Assembly (NCBI GenBank): GCA_016187035.1
Contig: JACPKL010000005.1
Location: 71,150 to 135,149 of the forward strand
Length of the DNA: 64,000 nt
From: Candidatus Daviesbacteria bacterium
GTDB lineage: Bacteria > Patescibacteriota > Microgenomatia > Daviesbacterales > UBA10151
Direction: 5' to 3'
Positions 63,665 to 64,000 of this stretch are shown in pieces. The notes below the pieces were generated by a model. The model did not search any database. It worked only from the letters and a program-made list of their open reading frames with translations, and had not been told where the DNA came from. A program made the position numbers and the translations under genes. Each line of letters begins with the position of its first letter. The first letter of the stretch is position 1.

Positions 63665-64000
63665 TCATTTATGAGCTTTGTAATTTCTCTTTTGCCACTT
63701 CCACTGACTTGTGATTATATTCTCCAAAGATAAAAATTTTGGTCTCCATCTAAGTTCTTTTTTTGCCTTAAAATTAGAGGCAATTAGAACAGGTGGATCA
63801 CCGGGGCGGCGGTCGGAAATTTTTGAAGGAATAGGATGTCCGGTAATTCTTTTGGCAGTTTCCACTACTTCTAAAACAGAATAACCTTTTTCATTGCCCA
63901 AATTATAAGTGGTAGCGGGGTTTGCTTTCCAGTTTTCCAAAGATAAAATGTGGGCCTCTATCAAATCCACTACATGAATATAGTCTCTTATGCATGTTCC
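63665..64000 (-). CDS. galE: UDP-glucose 4-epimerase, C-terminal part (5' end outside the window).
   Basis: The frame is open to the window edge: GTCIRDYIHVVDLIEAHILSL..YNLGNEKGYSVLEVV..RRPGDPPVLIAS..KAKKELRWRPKF, a typical GalE C-terminus. Confidence 0.75.
   Translation of the reverse strand, partial: GTCIRDYIHVVDLIEAHILSLENWKANPATTYNLGNEKGYSVLEVVETAKRITGHPIPSKISDRRPGDPPVLIASNFKAKKELRWRPKFLSLENIITSQWKWQKRNYKAHK

Noticed and set aside
1-64000. Possible alternative genetic code (UGA recoding, as in some candidate phyla).
   Set aside because: Many genes end at TGA exactly where family length and the next gene's start are expected (for example 988-990, 9577-9579, 12475-12477 and 24457-24459). 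No conserved domain is interrupted by an in-frame TGA. The standard bacterial code fits.

Overview
The window is strongly AT-rich and almost fully coding, with about 55 CDS in strand-alternating operon blocks, many joined by ATGA/GTGA/TAATG start-stop overlaps. I found no rRNA, tRNA, CRISPR array, transposase, integrase or phage gene. The standard code fits, since TGA terminates genes at the expected lengths.

The whole 64 kb looks devoted to glycan synthesis and extracytoplasmic glycosyl transfer. Counts from reading the translations:
- 18 full-length polytopic membrane proteins with GT-C-type features, in at least 6 unrelated families, plus 2 fragment-like relatives. The largest family is 8 GT39/ArnT/PMT-like paralogs. 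The rest are 3 PTPS-related-like proteins, 1 YfhO, 1 PIG-V-like, 1 DUF2029/GT87-like, and two uncharacterised pairs.
- 16 cytoplasmic glycosyltransferases: 10 GT2 (four of them DPM1/ArnC/GtrB-like polyprenyl-phosphate sugar synthases), 5 GT4 and 1 GT10-like fucosyltransferase.
- 2 Wzx-like flippases, 5 SAM methyltransferases and 4 SDR epimerase/dehydratases.
- A WbpB/WbpE/WbpD-like 3-acetamido-sugar module.
- An hddA-gmhA-gmhB-hddC operon for GDP-D-glycero-alpha-D-manno-heptose, next to a partial galE.

No Wzy, Wzz, O-antigen ligase or ABC exporter is recognisable. The locus therefore resembles a very large collection of three-component decoration systems (Pren-P-sugar synthase, flippase, GT-C transferase) with unknown acceptors, rather than a classical O-antigen or capsule cluster. 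The source is probably an uncultivated AT-rich bacterium, possibly CPR/Patescibacteria-like; this is inference only.

All family calls rest on motif recognition by eye. No homology search or computation was run.
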